Assembly (NCBI GenBank): GCA_039587445.1
Contig: JBDHIM010000004.1
Location: 1-59,688 of the forward strand
DNA length: 59,688 bases
Direction of reading: 5' to 3'
From: Gemmatimonadota bacterium
GTDB lineage: Bacteria; Gemmatimonadota; Gemmatimonadetes; Palauibacterales; Palauibacteraceae
Numbering within the stretch: position 1 is the stretch's first letter; each line of letters begins with the position of its first letter. The translations under genes were made by a program, and so were the position numbers. The notes under the pieces are model-generated. The model was not told where the DNA came from. It made no database searches and worked only from the letters and a program-made list of their open reading frames with translations. Positions 1 through 9,612 of this stretch are shown in pieces.

Positions 1-1194
1 CCGCCGCCGGCCGGACCCTCGGCCGCAACGCCCATCGACGAGCTCATCACCTCGGAGCCGTTGATTCGCGTCGGGATCGAAGTCGGCATGCCGTCGGCGG
101 TGATCATGTCGACGGCGGGTCTGAGAGTGCGCGACGGCGCCAGCGGCGAGGAGCTGGTATCGGCGGGCGAAGAGATCGTCCGCTTCGAGCCGAGCTCCGG
201 AGGAGCGTCCCTGGTGGAGCCCGCCGGCCGAGTCGACCGGGCTCTGCCGAGCTTCATCGTTGAGCCGTTGGAGCGCGGAGCCGACGTCGTCATTGCCAGC
301 AAGACCTACAGGGGTGCTGCCGAGGTCGTTGCGGATCGCTCGCGAGGGCTGATCGTGATTAACCGTTTGGGCCTCGAGGACTACCTGCTCGGCGTCGTGC
401 CTGCCGAGATCGGACGGCGCACGCCCGAAGAGTTCGCGGCGGTGCGGGCGCAGGCGGTGGCCGCCCGTACCTATACGATCTCCCACCTAGGGAGGCGCGA
501 CTCGCTGGGATTCGATCTGTTCGCGACGGTGGAAGATCAGGTCTACGGAGGCCTGGAGGTGGAGAGAAGGGACGTGGAGCGAGCGATCAGCGAGACGAGA
601 GGTGAGATCCTCATCTTCGATGGCCAGCCGGTATCTGCTTTCTACCACTCCACTTGCGGAGGGCGAACAGCGACTCGCGAGGAAGTTTGGGGAGAGCCGA
701 ACCTTCCCTATCTTCGGTCGGTGCGAGATGGCGGTGGAGGTGAGGACTATTGTGCGATCTCGCCACGCTACCGCTGGCGCGAGAGCTGGACCGCCGACGA
801 GATGAACGGATTCGTTCGTGCCGAGCTGGCGTCACGGCTGGGCACCTCGCCTTCATCGGTCGGCCGCATCTCCGGTATCCGGGTCCTCAGCCGGACGGAG
901 CATGATCGCGTGGACCAACTCGAGGTGGAGGCCTCGGGAAGACGCTACGTGCTCCGGAAGAACGAGATCCGTTGGGTTCTTCAGCCGGCCGAGGGGCGCA
1001 TCCTCGGCTCCACCGACTTCGTGGTCCGTCAGGGTCGACTGGAAGACGGAGATATCGTCGTCGAGGGCCGCGGCTTCGGGCACGGCATCGGGATGTGCCA
1101 ATGGGGGGCGATCGGCCGGGCGAGGGCGGGCCAGGGCTATCGGGAGATCCTGGCCGCCTATTACCAGGATGCGGCCGTTCAGAGGCTTTACTGA
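1..1194 (+). CDS. SpoIID/LytB domain protein (lytic transglycosylase-like), 5' end outside window
   Basis: Motifs LEDYLLGVVPAE, AQAVAARTY, DQVYGG, YHSTCGG, GFGHGIGMCQWGA; frame is open back to base 1. Confidence 0.9.
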   Translation, partial: PPPAGPSAATPIDELITSEPLIRVGIEVGMPSAVIMSTAGLRVRDGASGEELVSAGEEIVRFEPSSGGASLVEPAGRVDRALPSFIVEPLERGADVVIASKTYRGAAEVVADRSRGLIVINRLGLEDYLLGVVPAEIGRRTPEEFAAVRAQAVAARTYTISHLGRRDSLGFDLFATVEDQVYGGLEVERRDVERAISETRGEILIFDGQPVSAFYHSTCGGRTATREEVWGEPNLPYLRSVRDGGGGEDYCAISPRYRWRESWTADEMNGFVRAELASRLGTSPSSVGRISGIRVLSRTEHDRVDQLEVEASGRRYVLRKNEIRWVLQPAEGRILGSTDFVVRQGRLEDGDIVVEGRGFGHGIGMCQWGAIGRARAGQGYREILAAYYQDAAVQRLY

Positions 1195-1250
1195 GCGAGA
1201 ACGACGACTCTGTAGGACTCCGGCAACAACGATCACAAGGAGGCACGCGG

Positions 1251-2252
1251 GTGGCGAGGGATGTCAGCATAGGAGTCATCGGAGTGGGCGGCGTGGCGCA
1301 GATCGTCCACCTCCCGATCCTGAAACGGCTACCGGATGTGAAGGTGACCGCGATCATCGACGCCCAGCAGGAGAAGGCTCGTACGATTGCGGAGCGCTTC
1401 GACGTGCCGGTGACGGCTCGATCTCTTGCGGAGCTGCCTGAGGACACCCCTCTGGACGCGGTGCTCGTGTCCACGCCGAACGACTCACATGCCGCGGTGG
1501 TTCTGGACGCACTCGGGAAGGGGTGGCACGTCCTCTGCGAGCGCCCGCTCGCGCCGACGAGCGAGGCAACGGAGGAGCTGATAGGAGCTGCCGAGGCTGC
1601 GAAGCGCCAGCTGATGGTCGCGATGAACCAGCGGTACCGCCTGGATGTCAGGGCCATTCGCCAGTTCGTGGCGAGCGGTGAGCTGGGAGATGTGATCCTG
1701 ATTCGCTCGGTCTGGCACACCCGCGTCGACCGCAGGCCCAAACGGGGGTGGCGGCTCGATCCCGAGAGCGCCGGCGGCGGCGTGCTGATGGATCTTGGAG
1801 TACAAGCTCTGGACGTGGCGCTCTGGTTGCTTGGCTATCCGGCCATCGAGCGCGTGAGCGCCAGCGCCCACCCCGATTCAGCGGTTGAAGACACGGCGGT
1901 TGCGTTCCTCGCACTTGCCGGCGGCGCGACCCTGCAGCTCGAGGTAAGCTGGGAACTCCGGGACGAGCGTGATCGACATGCGTTGCGTGTTCTGGGGACC
2001 CTGGGCTCGGCCGGGACCTCGCCCTTCCGCGTGCGAACGGAGATGGAGACGGGACTCTCCGACGTGACTCCTCCCCTGGACGTCGACGAGTCCGGGCTCT
2101 ACACGTCATCGTATCGACAGGAATGGGCGGAGTTCTTGCGCATCGTGCGCGGAGAGAAACCGCTGGAGGTGCAGGCCGAGCAGGTGCGGCTTATGCAGGC
2201 CGTCGAGGCGTGCTACCGATCGGCGCGCGAGGGGCGTGAGGTCACTGCCTAG
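1251..2252 (+). CDS. Gfo/Idh/MocA family oxidoreductase
   Basis: IGVIGVGGVA Rossmann motif, VLCERP (usually EKP), GGGVLMDLGVQALD; GTG at 1251 after AGGAGG (1238-1243). Confidence 0.88.
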   Translation: MARDVSIGVIGVGGVAQIVHLPILKRLPDVKVTAIIDAQQEKARTIAERFDVPVTARSLAELPEDTPLDAVLVSTPNDSHAAVVLDALGKGWHVLCERPLAPTSEATEELIGAAEAAKRQLMVAMNQRYRLDVRAIRQFVASGELGDVILIRSVWHTRVDRRPKRGWRLDPESAGGGVLMDLGVQALDVALWLLGYPAIERVSASAHPDSAVEDTAVAFLALAGGATLQLEVSWELRDERDRHALRVLGTLGSAGTSPFRVRTEMETGLSDVTPPLDVDESGLYTSSYRQEWAEFLRIVRGEKPLEVQAEQVRLMQAVEACYRSAREGREVTA

Positions 2253-3846
2253 CGTTCGTTTCCCGGCGCCGCCTCCGGGAGCCAGCTGGATTGCGGTCAG
2301 CGGCCTCATTCTCGGTCTCGCGCACCCGCCGTTTCATTTCCTCCTCCCATCCTTCCTGGGTCTGGTGCCTTTCGGAATCTGGCTCGCTCGGCTGCCGGAA
2401 GCGGATGAGGGTCGCGGGCTGGCGTTCCGGGGCGGTCTCTGGCTCGGGATCGTCTACTACACGTTGGTGCTCTACTGGCTCGCCACCGCTCTCATCTTCT
2501 ACTCCCTGCTGGCGCTGCTCGCGTTCGTTTTTGCCGTGGGGCTGCTGAGTCTCTTTCTGGCCGTCGCGACGACCGGGATGCACCACGTCCGGCACCGGCT
2601 CGGCTGGCCCCTGTGGATCGCCCTGCCTGTCTTCTGGACCGCGGCGGAGTGGTTCCGAGCGCACCTCGGTCCGATCTCCTTCCCGTGGCAGGAGCTCGGA
2701 TACACGCTCACGGGCTTCCCGAGACTGATCGGCGTCGCCGATCTCGTCGGAGCTCGCGGTCTCAGCTTCTGGTTGGCCATGCTGAGCGGCCTCCTGGCCA
2801 CCGCCTTCGTGGCGTGGCAGCGAGGCCATCGCGGTCGGGCGTGGCTGGCTCTCGGAGGTTGGCTCGCTGGCGTGGCCGTGCCGGTGGGTTATTCCCTCTG
2901 GCGCTGGCAGAGCCTGGAGATGCGACCGATCGTCACCGTCACCGCGGTGCAGCCGAACGTCCCCGAGAAGATCAAGCTGGAGGACCCGGTGGCGGCGTTC
3001 GACAGCGCAAGGAGCTCGATCGAGATCCTCCTGGCCGGCCACGAACCCGCGGAGGACGTCGATCTTCTGATTCTCCCCGAGACGGTGATTCCGCGGCCCA
3101 TCGATCCGATCCTGGCGCAAGGGTTCATGGGACGGCCCGACATCTACCACTGGGTCAGGGGTCTGGTCCGCTCCACGGGCGCCCCCGTGCTTTTCGGCTC
3201 GATCGGGATCGAGAACCGAAGCCAGGACGAATGGGACTACTACAACTCGGCGTTCCTGATCGACAACCGAGGGGCGAACCGAGCGCGCTACGACAAGCAT
3301 CATCTCGTACCGGTCGTGGAGCGCGTTCCCTTCCTCGACCCCGACTGGTTCACTTGGGCCGAGTTTTTCGGCGGGTTCTCGGTGGGAGGGAACCTGGACG
3401 TCCTGGCTCTCGATGAGAGCCGCTTCGGGGTGTTGATCTGCTACGAGTCGATCTTCTCCGGTCTCAGCCGAGGCTACCGCTTACAGGGCGCCGACTTCCT
3501 GGTCAACATCACCAACGACGCCTGGTTCGGACGAGAAGGGCCGTGGTGGAGCCGGAGCGGCGCACTCTGGCAGCACCCCTCTCATCTCGTGCTTCGCGCG
3601 ATCGAGAATCGCATCGGGATTGCCCGCGTGGGCAACACGGGCATCTCCGGGACCCTGGATCCTCTGGGCCGGGTGCACGACGCCACTCGGCTCTTCCGGC
3701 CCGCGATCTTCACGGCAGACGTGCTGACCACGGATGGGCGCACCCTGTTCGCGCGCACGGGTGATGTGGTGGGGTGGATCGCGGCCCTCGCCGCCGCGAT
3801 CGGGATCGTCCTGCCGCCTCTCGGCCGGAGAAGCCGCCGGGACTAA
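2236..3846 (+). CDS. lnt: Apolipoprotein N-acyltransferase
   Basis: Multi-TM N-terminus, FPW motif, QPNV, nitrilase-fold triad E (LPET), K (YDKHHLVP), C (ICYES), NITNDAWF, RAIENR, NTGIS. Confidence 0.95.
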   Translation: MRSLPSVRFPAPPPGASWIAVSGLILGLAHPPFHFLLPSFLGLVPFGIWLARLPEADEGRGLAFRGGLWLGIVYYTLVLYWLATALIFYSLLALLAFVFAVGLLSLFLAVATTGMHHVRHRLGWPLWIALPVFWTAAEWFRAHLGPISFPWQELGYTLTGFPRLIGVADLVGARGLSFWLAMLSGLLATAFVAWQRGHRGRAWLALGGWLAGVAVPVGYSLWRWQSLEMRPIVTVTAVQPNVPEKIKLEDPVAAFDSARSSIEILLAGHEPAEDVDLLILPETVIPRPIDPILAQGFMGRPDIYHWVRGLVRSTGAPVLFGSIGIENRSQDEWDYYNSAFLIDNRGANRARYDKHHLVPVVERVPFLDPDWFTWAEFFGGFSVGGNLDVLALDESRFGVLICYESIFSGLSRGYRLQGADFLVNITNDAWFGREGPWWSRSGALWQHPSHLVLRAIENRIGIARVGNTGISGTLDPLGRVHDATRLFRPAIFTADVLTTDGRTLFARTGDVVGWIAALAAAIGIVLPPLGRRSRRD

Positions 3847-3870
3847 CCCGAGCGACTGTGGGAGAGAGGC

Positions 3871-5713
3871 CTACGCCTGCTCATCTTCCCGCAGGCGTTG
3901 CTCCAAGAGCATGCTGGCCACCCGAAGGAAGTCGTGTTCCGTGACGACGCCGACCAATCTCTGCTCGACCGTTATAGGCAGGCATCCGACTCGCTTCGTC
4001 TTCATCAGCTCGATCGCTTCCAGTGTCGGCGTGTTCGGCCTGATCGTGATCAGGTCGCGCTGCATGATCTGACCCACGGGCGTCGGCCTATCCGCCTTCG
4101 CGTGCTCCCGCGAGGCCATGTGGCGGAGGAGCGAGCGATGCGACATGAGGCCGAGCAGGACGTGCTGCTCGTCTTCGACGGGGATGTGGTGGATGTTGTG
4201 CCAGTCCATGAGACGGGCAACGAGCTCGATCGGCTCGTTCACTCCCACCGTGATGAGGTCGGTGGTCATGTACTGCTCGACGCGGCGGTAACTCGGCGTC
4301 CAGTCACCGGCTTCCTCGAACTCGGCCAGGGACCACCGATGGACGGGCTCTCCGGTCCGCTCCCGCTCCGCCAGCGCGGCGGTGAGGGCGGTCAGGCGCT
4401 CCAGCGTGCTGCCCCGATCCTTCATGCGCGCGTAGGAGCGAAGGAGCCACGCCGCCGGCGTCTGCTTCGACTCGACCCGATCCGCGATGATGCCCAGATA
4501 CCGGTCGATATCCGCCTGGTCCAGGTTCCCGGCTTCGAGGCCCTCGCGGGCAAGCGGAAGGAGCGTCTCGGTGATCAGCTGCCGGGCACCCTGGGTTTCG
4601 CCCTTGCCGCACCAATAGAGACGGGAGTCGAGGCCGAGACGGGCCGCGGCCACGAAGTTGGCGCGAGCGTCGTCGAAGTCCATCGACTGGCGCACGTCGC
4701 TTTCCGCGTGGGCCAGCGCGCTGACCAGACCGAACCAGAACGCCGCGTTGGCGATCTCGTCCTGCAGCGTGGGGCCGGAGCCGAGCACCCGGTTCTCGAT
4801 GCGCAAGTGCGGCTTCCCGTTGCTGATCCCGTAGCAGGGTCGGTTCCAGCGCCAGATCGTGCTGTTGTGAAGCTGGAGTGCCTTCAGTAGCGGCACGCGA
4901 CCCTCGGCCAGTTCCTCCAGCGGATCCTCTTCGATCTCGCGGCCGAGGATGACGCGGAAGCGCGCGATATCCTCTCGATAGATCTCGAGGACCGAATCGT
5001 CCACCCAGTGCGTGCCGAAGTGAACCCGCGGCTTGATGTCCCGCATCTCGGGCCTGGCGCTCCGAGTGTCGATGGACTGCTGAAAGAGCGCGATGCGCGT
5101 CTCCCGCCACAGTCGCTTCCCGAACAGAAGCGGCGAGCCGGCCGCCGCTGCCAGCACCGGAGCGGCCGCCACGAGAGCGATGTTGTAGAGTCGAGCGAAC
5201 TCCTCCGCGCCGACCTGAAAGTGCACCTGGAAGCTCGTGTTCGCCGCCTCGAGCATCACGTTGTCGTGCTCGACCAGCAGCTCGTCCACGCCCTTGAGGT
5301 AGAACTTGTAAGCGCCGCCGCGCAGACGATTGAGGGCGCAGGACCACGTCAGCGCCAACCTCGAGCGCTGCCTCCCGCACGGTCTCGAGAACCTCTCGCA
5401 GCCCATGCTCCATGCGGCTCAGGCAATCACCGCCGAAGGGTAGGGGATCGAGGTTGGCCTCGAGGTTGAAAAGCGCCAGCTCGTGGGTGATCCGCGGGTC
5501 GTCGAGGCGGTCGAGAATCTCGATGGCCTTGGGGGCGGGCTGCCATTCGTCGTCGACCAGGAACATCTCCTGCTCGACGCCGATGCGCCTGACGTCGGCC
5601 TCGATCGCGCCGGATTCCAGCATCTGTTCCAGCGCTTGCACATCGCGCAGGAGATGCCTGGTGAACAGGCGAAGATGCTCGGAGTCGCCGCCGCGAACTT
5701 CCTTGTCACCCAT
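3871..5713 (-). pseudogene. Glutamate-cysteine ligase (GCS2)-like protein with C-terminal CBS pair, split across two frames at ~5339
   Basis: N-part from ATG 5713 (RRIGVEQEMFLVD, HELALFNLEANL) ends at ...ADVVL; C-part in another frame (ALNRLRGG, NTSFQVH, WRWNRP, HLRIENR, two CBS repeats) ends at 3871. May be an assembly artefact rather than a true pseudogene. Confidence 0.8.
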
Positions 5714-5755
5714 GGTCGAAAGCTAACCGGTGATCCATGTGCGGCAAAAGGAAGG

Positions 5756-6865
5756 TCAGAGGACCGCAGCCGCCACGAAACGTCGTGCCACATCCTCCCA
5801 GGCGTGCTGGTGAGCTCTTCGCCTTCCCGCCTCGCCCATCCGTTGCCGGAGGGGCGGATCTCTCAGGAGACAGATCAGTGCGCGGCTCAGTGCCGCCGGA
5901 TCCTCGGGTGGGACGAGGAGACCAGCCTCGCCGTCCGGGATGACCTCGGGGACCGCAGCGCTCCGATAGGCCACGATCGGGAGGCCGCTCGCCATCGCCT
6001 CGAGAAACGCGATTCCGAAACCCTCCTGCAAGGATGGAAGGCAGAAGACGTCGGCCGCCCGGTACTCGTCCCTGACGGCGTCCGTATCCGGGACCTGTCC
6101 GGTGATCACGACCGATCCCGCCAGGCCGAGAGAGCGCCGCTCGTGCTCGAGCCGATGCAGTTCGGGGCCGCCTCCCACGATCCGAAGCCGCGCGTTCGGC
6201 ACCGCCGCACGGATCGAGGGCATCGCCCGAAGCAGGGCCGAGGTGTTCTTTCTCCGGTACTGCCGGGCGACGCTGAGGATGACCGGTCCGGCCGCGTCTG
6301 CCGATGGCAGGCGGCTGCTCCCGTCGCCGGGCACTGATCCCTGCGCTTCTGGCACGTCGGTCGCCTCCGCAGCGCCGCTCCAACGCGCCAGGTCTATCCC
6401 CTCCGGAACGATTCTGACTCGAGCGGGATCCAGGCCGTACGCCTCGATGGCAATTCCTCGGCTGTATTCGCTCGTCACCATCACGACATCGGCCGATCGG
6501 GCGTTGGCACCCTCGAGGCGTGAGAGGAGGCGGAATCTCAACTGGGGCCAGCCCCGCTCGAAGCGAAGCTCGTCGGCCATGACCCCCTTCAGGCACACGA
6601 CGTAGCGCGTGTCCCGTGGGCGGAACGCGAACCCGTCCAGGTCGAAGCCTACGATGAGAGCCGAATCGGCCAGAACGGCGTCGCCCGCGCGGGCCAGCGT
6701 CAGGTTGTAGCGGATCCTCTGAAAGGAATCGACCCGATCGGGGAGCGGCCCGACGTGATGGACGGAATGCCCGAGCGCCTCCAGCCCTCCAGCCAGGCCG
6801 GTGATCGCCACTCCCGAGCCACTGCCCAGATGTGGCTCGATGGGCCAGGAATTGAGAAAGATCGC
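5756..6865 (-). CDS. Glycosyltransferase family 4 (GT-B); true start codon missing
   Basis: RRKN and EGFGIAFLEAMASGLP (Ex7E) motifs; frame extends upstream of GTG 6811 as AIFLNSWPIEPHLGSGSG with no start codon before the in-frame TGA. Confidence 0.85.
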   Translation of the reverse strand, partial: AIFLNSWPIEPHLGSGSGVAITGLAGGLEALGHSVHHVGPLPDRVDSFQRIRYNLTLARAGDAVLADSALIVGFDLDGFAFRPRDTRYVVCLKGVMADELRFERGWPQLRFRLLSRLEGANARSADVVMVTSEYSRGIAIEAYGLDPARVRIVPEGIDLARWSGAAEATDVPEAQGSVPGDGSSRLPSADAAGPVILSVARQYRRKNTSALLRAMPSIRAAVPNARLRIVGGGPELHRLEHERRSLGLAGSVVITGQVPDTDAVRDEYRAADVFCLPSLQEGFGIAFLEAMASGLPIVAYRSAAVPEVIPDGEAGLLVPPEDPAALSRALICLLRDPPLRQRMGEAGRRRAHQHAWEDVARRFVAAAVL

Positions 6866-7157
6866 TTTCGGTGAGGCCGTCGATCTTGTGCGTCCAGATC
6901 TGGGTCCGCACGTGGCCCCAGCTCAGGTAGATGTCCGGGTGGTGCCCCTGCTCTTCGGCCAGCTCGCCGACACGGTTCGTGAAGTCGAGCGCCGATCGGA
7001 AGTCCTCGAAGCCGAACTCCTTCTCGAGATGGTGCTCGTCCACGGCCTGCCAACCGCCACCGAGCGCCGCCTGCAGGTCGGCCAGTTCCCGACCGGCGAG
7101 CGGCGGGACCCCGCCTCGGCATGGCACGCATGCTTTCCGCGCGAGATCGCTCGACAT
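6861..7157 (-). pseudogene. phhB: Pterin-4-alpha-carbinolamine dehydratase, C-terminally truncated (no stop codon of its own)
   Basis: CVPCRGG, AEEQGHHPDI, WTHKIDGLTESD; the usual final helix is absent and the frame runs out of register over the GT gene. Confidence 0.8.
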
Positions 7158-7257
7158 GATTCGAAACCTCCGGGTCCAAGATGCTGAGTCTCAACCGCTC
7201 CGGAGGGTGTGGGGGAGGGTGGCGCGCCGCAAGGGCGAGGCGCCGTTCGTGAGGCGT

Positions 7258-8817
7258 CTAGCCGCCGGGCACGGAGAGCTCGACCCGCACGCGACGTTTG
7301 AGCGGTTCGTCGATCTGCGATCGGCGGGCGGGCGCTACGGAGATCTCGTTTCGCCCGCGGGCCTTCGCGTTGTAGAGGGCCAGGTCGGCAGCTCTCAGCA
7401 GCGCCTTCGAGTCCGATGCGTCGTCCGGGAAGAGCGCGATGCCTGCCGAACAGCTGATCTCGATCGCTTCGCCGCTCTCCGAGGCCAGAACGGCTTCGCA
7501 GAGCTGCTCCTTCAAGCGGCGAGCGATTCCGACGGCCAGCGGCTCATCGGCCTGGAGCAACAGAACCGCAAACTCGTCGCCGCCGATTCGTGCCACTTCG
7601 TCGGAGTCCCGGAGGATTCCGCGGAGTGCCACCGCTATCCTCTGCAGCACACGGTCGCCGGCGTGATGCCCGTGCCGGTCGTTCACCGCCTTCAGGTGAT
7701 CGCTGTCAAGAAGCAGGAGGCCGAGCTTCTCGCCGTAGCGCTCTGCCCTCGCCAGGTGCTCCTCGAGCCGGTCGACGAAGTATCGTCTGTTGTGGAGCCC
7801 GGTGAGCGGATCGGTGATCGCGAGCCGCCGAGTCTCTTCTTGGAGCTTCGCCGAGCGCAGCACTACCGCCGCCTGTTGGGCGACGACGGAGAGGGTGCGG
7901 ACGTGTCTCTCTCGGTATGCCCCGAGCCGGGTGGATTCCGCATTCAGGACGCCGATCACCCGACCTTCGACGAGGAGGGGGACGGCGATCTCGCTGCGCG
8001 CACCGGTCACGCCCGAGATATAGCTGTCGTCGAGCTCCAGATCGGCGACCACGATCGTTTCCCCCCTGCTCGCGCTGCGGCCCGTGATCCCAAGGCCGAG
8101 AGGAATCGTCATATCCTGGACACCTTCCGCGTAGCCGTTGGAGGCACGGACGCGCAGGACCCTTCGGTCCTCGTCGACGAGGAGGATGGCGCACTGTCCG
8201 CGAGGAATGGTGTTCTGGGCGACTTCGAGGATCGCGTCGAGCGTGGAGCCGAGGTCCTTGCCTTCGCTGGCCAGCTGGCTGATCCGGTAGAGCGCATCCA
8301 GCAGGCTGATCCTGGACTCGAGGCGCTCCCGCGCCTGCGAAGCCACGATGGCCAGTGCCGCCTGGGCGCCGAGCACCGTGAGCAGCTTCTCGTGCCCCTC
8401 CGTGAAGGCGTCCTCGCGGTCGGACTCGACGTTCACGACGCCGGCCACCTCGTTCCGGACGATCAGAGGCACCGCCAGATTGGAGCGCGCCTCTCGCAGG
8501 CCCACGACGTAACGCGGGTCCTTCCTCACATCGCCGACCCGAAGGGCCTGGCGATTCGCCGCGGCCCAGCCCGAGATGCCTTGGCCCTCGGGAAGCGACA
8601 GCCGGAGAACGTCGCTGGCTCGCTCGGCGTAGCCGAGTACGCTCCGAACCGAGAGCGTGCGGCTCTCGGCGTCGTACAGCATCAGCGCGCAGTGGTCGAA
8701 GCCGATGAGCTCCTGCGCACGTGCCAGGACTTTCTCGAGCAAACGGTCCAGGTCGTCGCTCAGGCCGATCTCCCGCGTCGCTTCATACACAGCTGCAAGA
8801 GATGCAAGCTCGTTCAT
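7258..8817 (-). CDS. Diguanylate cyclase with two GAF domains
   Basis: Two GAF repeats (SNLAVPL...GVVNVES; SEIAVPL...GVLNAES), DPLTGLHNRR, RxxD I-site (RDSD), intact RIGGDEF. Confidence 0.93.
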   Translation of the reverse strand: MNELASLAAVYEATREIGLSDDLDRLLEKVLARAQELIGFDHCALMLYDAESRTLSVRSVLGYAERASDVLRLSLPEGQGISGWAAANRQALRVGDVRKDPRYVVGLREARSNLAVPLIVRNEVAGVVNVESDREDAFTEGHEKLLTVLGAQAALAIVASQARERLESRISLLDALYRISQLASEGKDLGSTLDAILEVAQNTIPRGQCAILLVDEDRRVLRVRASNGYAEGVQDMTIPLGLGITGRSASRGETIVVADLELDDSYISGVTGARSEIAVPLLVEGRVIGVLNAESTRLGAYRERHVRTLSVVAQQAAVVLRSAKLQEETRRLAITDPLTGLHNRRYFVDRLEEHLARAERYGEKLGLLLLDSDHLKAVNDRHGHHAGDRVLQRIAVALRGILRDSDEVARIGGDEFAVLLLQADEPLAVGIARRLKEQLCEAVLASESGEAIEISCSAGIALFPDDASDSKALLRAADLALYNAKARGRNEISVAPARRSQIDEPLKRRVRVELSVPGG

Positions 8818-9081
8818 TCCGCGCTATCGCTCCGAGGAGGTCTCCGCCGGCATCCGGCGCTCGAAAGACAGCGCGGTGTGCCGGGCGTTAAGTCGTAATA
8901 GACTTGTGCAGCGTGACTTAGGAGGGGTCGGACAGGCTCAACCTTCGTTGCCGGCGGTCCCGGAGTCCTCCCCCATCGGGTTCATCTTCTCCGCGACTTA
9001 TCGCAAGAAGGGTTCCGCGCCCCGGGGGCGGGCCGGGAGGAAGGGGTGGCTGGTCCGCCGGAGGTGGTTCGCCGGACGGGG

Positions 9082-9549
9082 TCAGGCGGCTTCCACCGCC
9101 CGTTTGATCGCCTCGTAGTCGGGCTCCACGCCGGAATCTTCGGAGACCCAGTCGTAGACCACGGTGCCGCTGCGGTCGATGACGAATGCGGAGCGCTTTG
9201 CGACGCCCTTGAGCCCCACGAGCTCTTCGTACAGGACGCCGTATTCGGCGGCTACCGTCTTATTGAAGTCCGAGAGAAGCGGAAACCCGATGCCCTCTTC
9301 CTCACGGAAGCGCTTCACGACGAAGGGGCTGTCGATGCTGATGCCGAACACGCGGGCGTCCAGCTCGTCCCACTCGACCCAGTCGCTCGTGATCTTGCAG
9401 AGCTCGGCGGTGCAGACCGAGCTGAACGCCAGCGGAAAGAACAGGAGCACGACCTTGTCCCGCCCGATGTGCTCGGCGAGGTCCACGACCTCTCCAGGCC
9501 CCTCGGGAAGTTGGAAGGCCGGGGCCCTGTCTCCCATGCGTATCGTCAT
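9082..9549 (-). CDS. Peroxiredoxin (AhpC/TSA, AhpE-like)
   Basis: GDRAPAFQL, FFPLAFSSVCTAE peroxidatic Cys motif, GISIDS, LLSDFN, KRSAFVID. Confidence 0.92.
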   Translation of the reverse strand: MTIRMGDRAPAFQLPEGPGEVVDLAEHIGRDKVVLLFFPLAFSSVCTAELCKITSDWVEWDELDARVFGISIDSPFVVKRFREEEGIGFPLLSDFNKTVAAEYGVLYEELVGLKGVAKRSAFVIDRSGTVVYDWVSEDSGVEPDYEAIKRAVEAA

Positions 9550-9612
9550 GACAGCCTCCTTGGCCGTTTTCGTCAGAGTTCTATCGCTCCAGGAACCGCG
9601 GACTACGGTCCT

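Noticed and set aside
5706-7157. 483-aa ORF as a real dehydratase fusion protein
   Set aside because: After DGLTESD it is Arg/Gly/Pro-rich off-frame sequence overlapping the real GT4 frame.
6931-8898. 655-aa plus-strand ORF and many similar long antisense ORFs (e.g. 14962-16443, 17806-19497, 10198-11673)
   Set aside because: They mirror well-supported genes on the other strand and have no motifs; such shadows are expected at this GC content.
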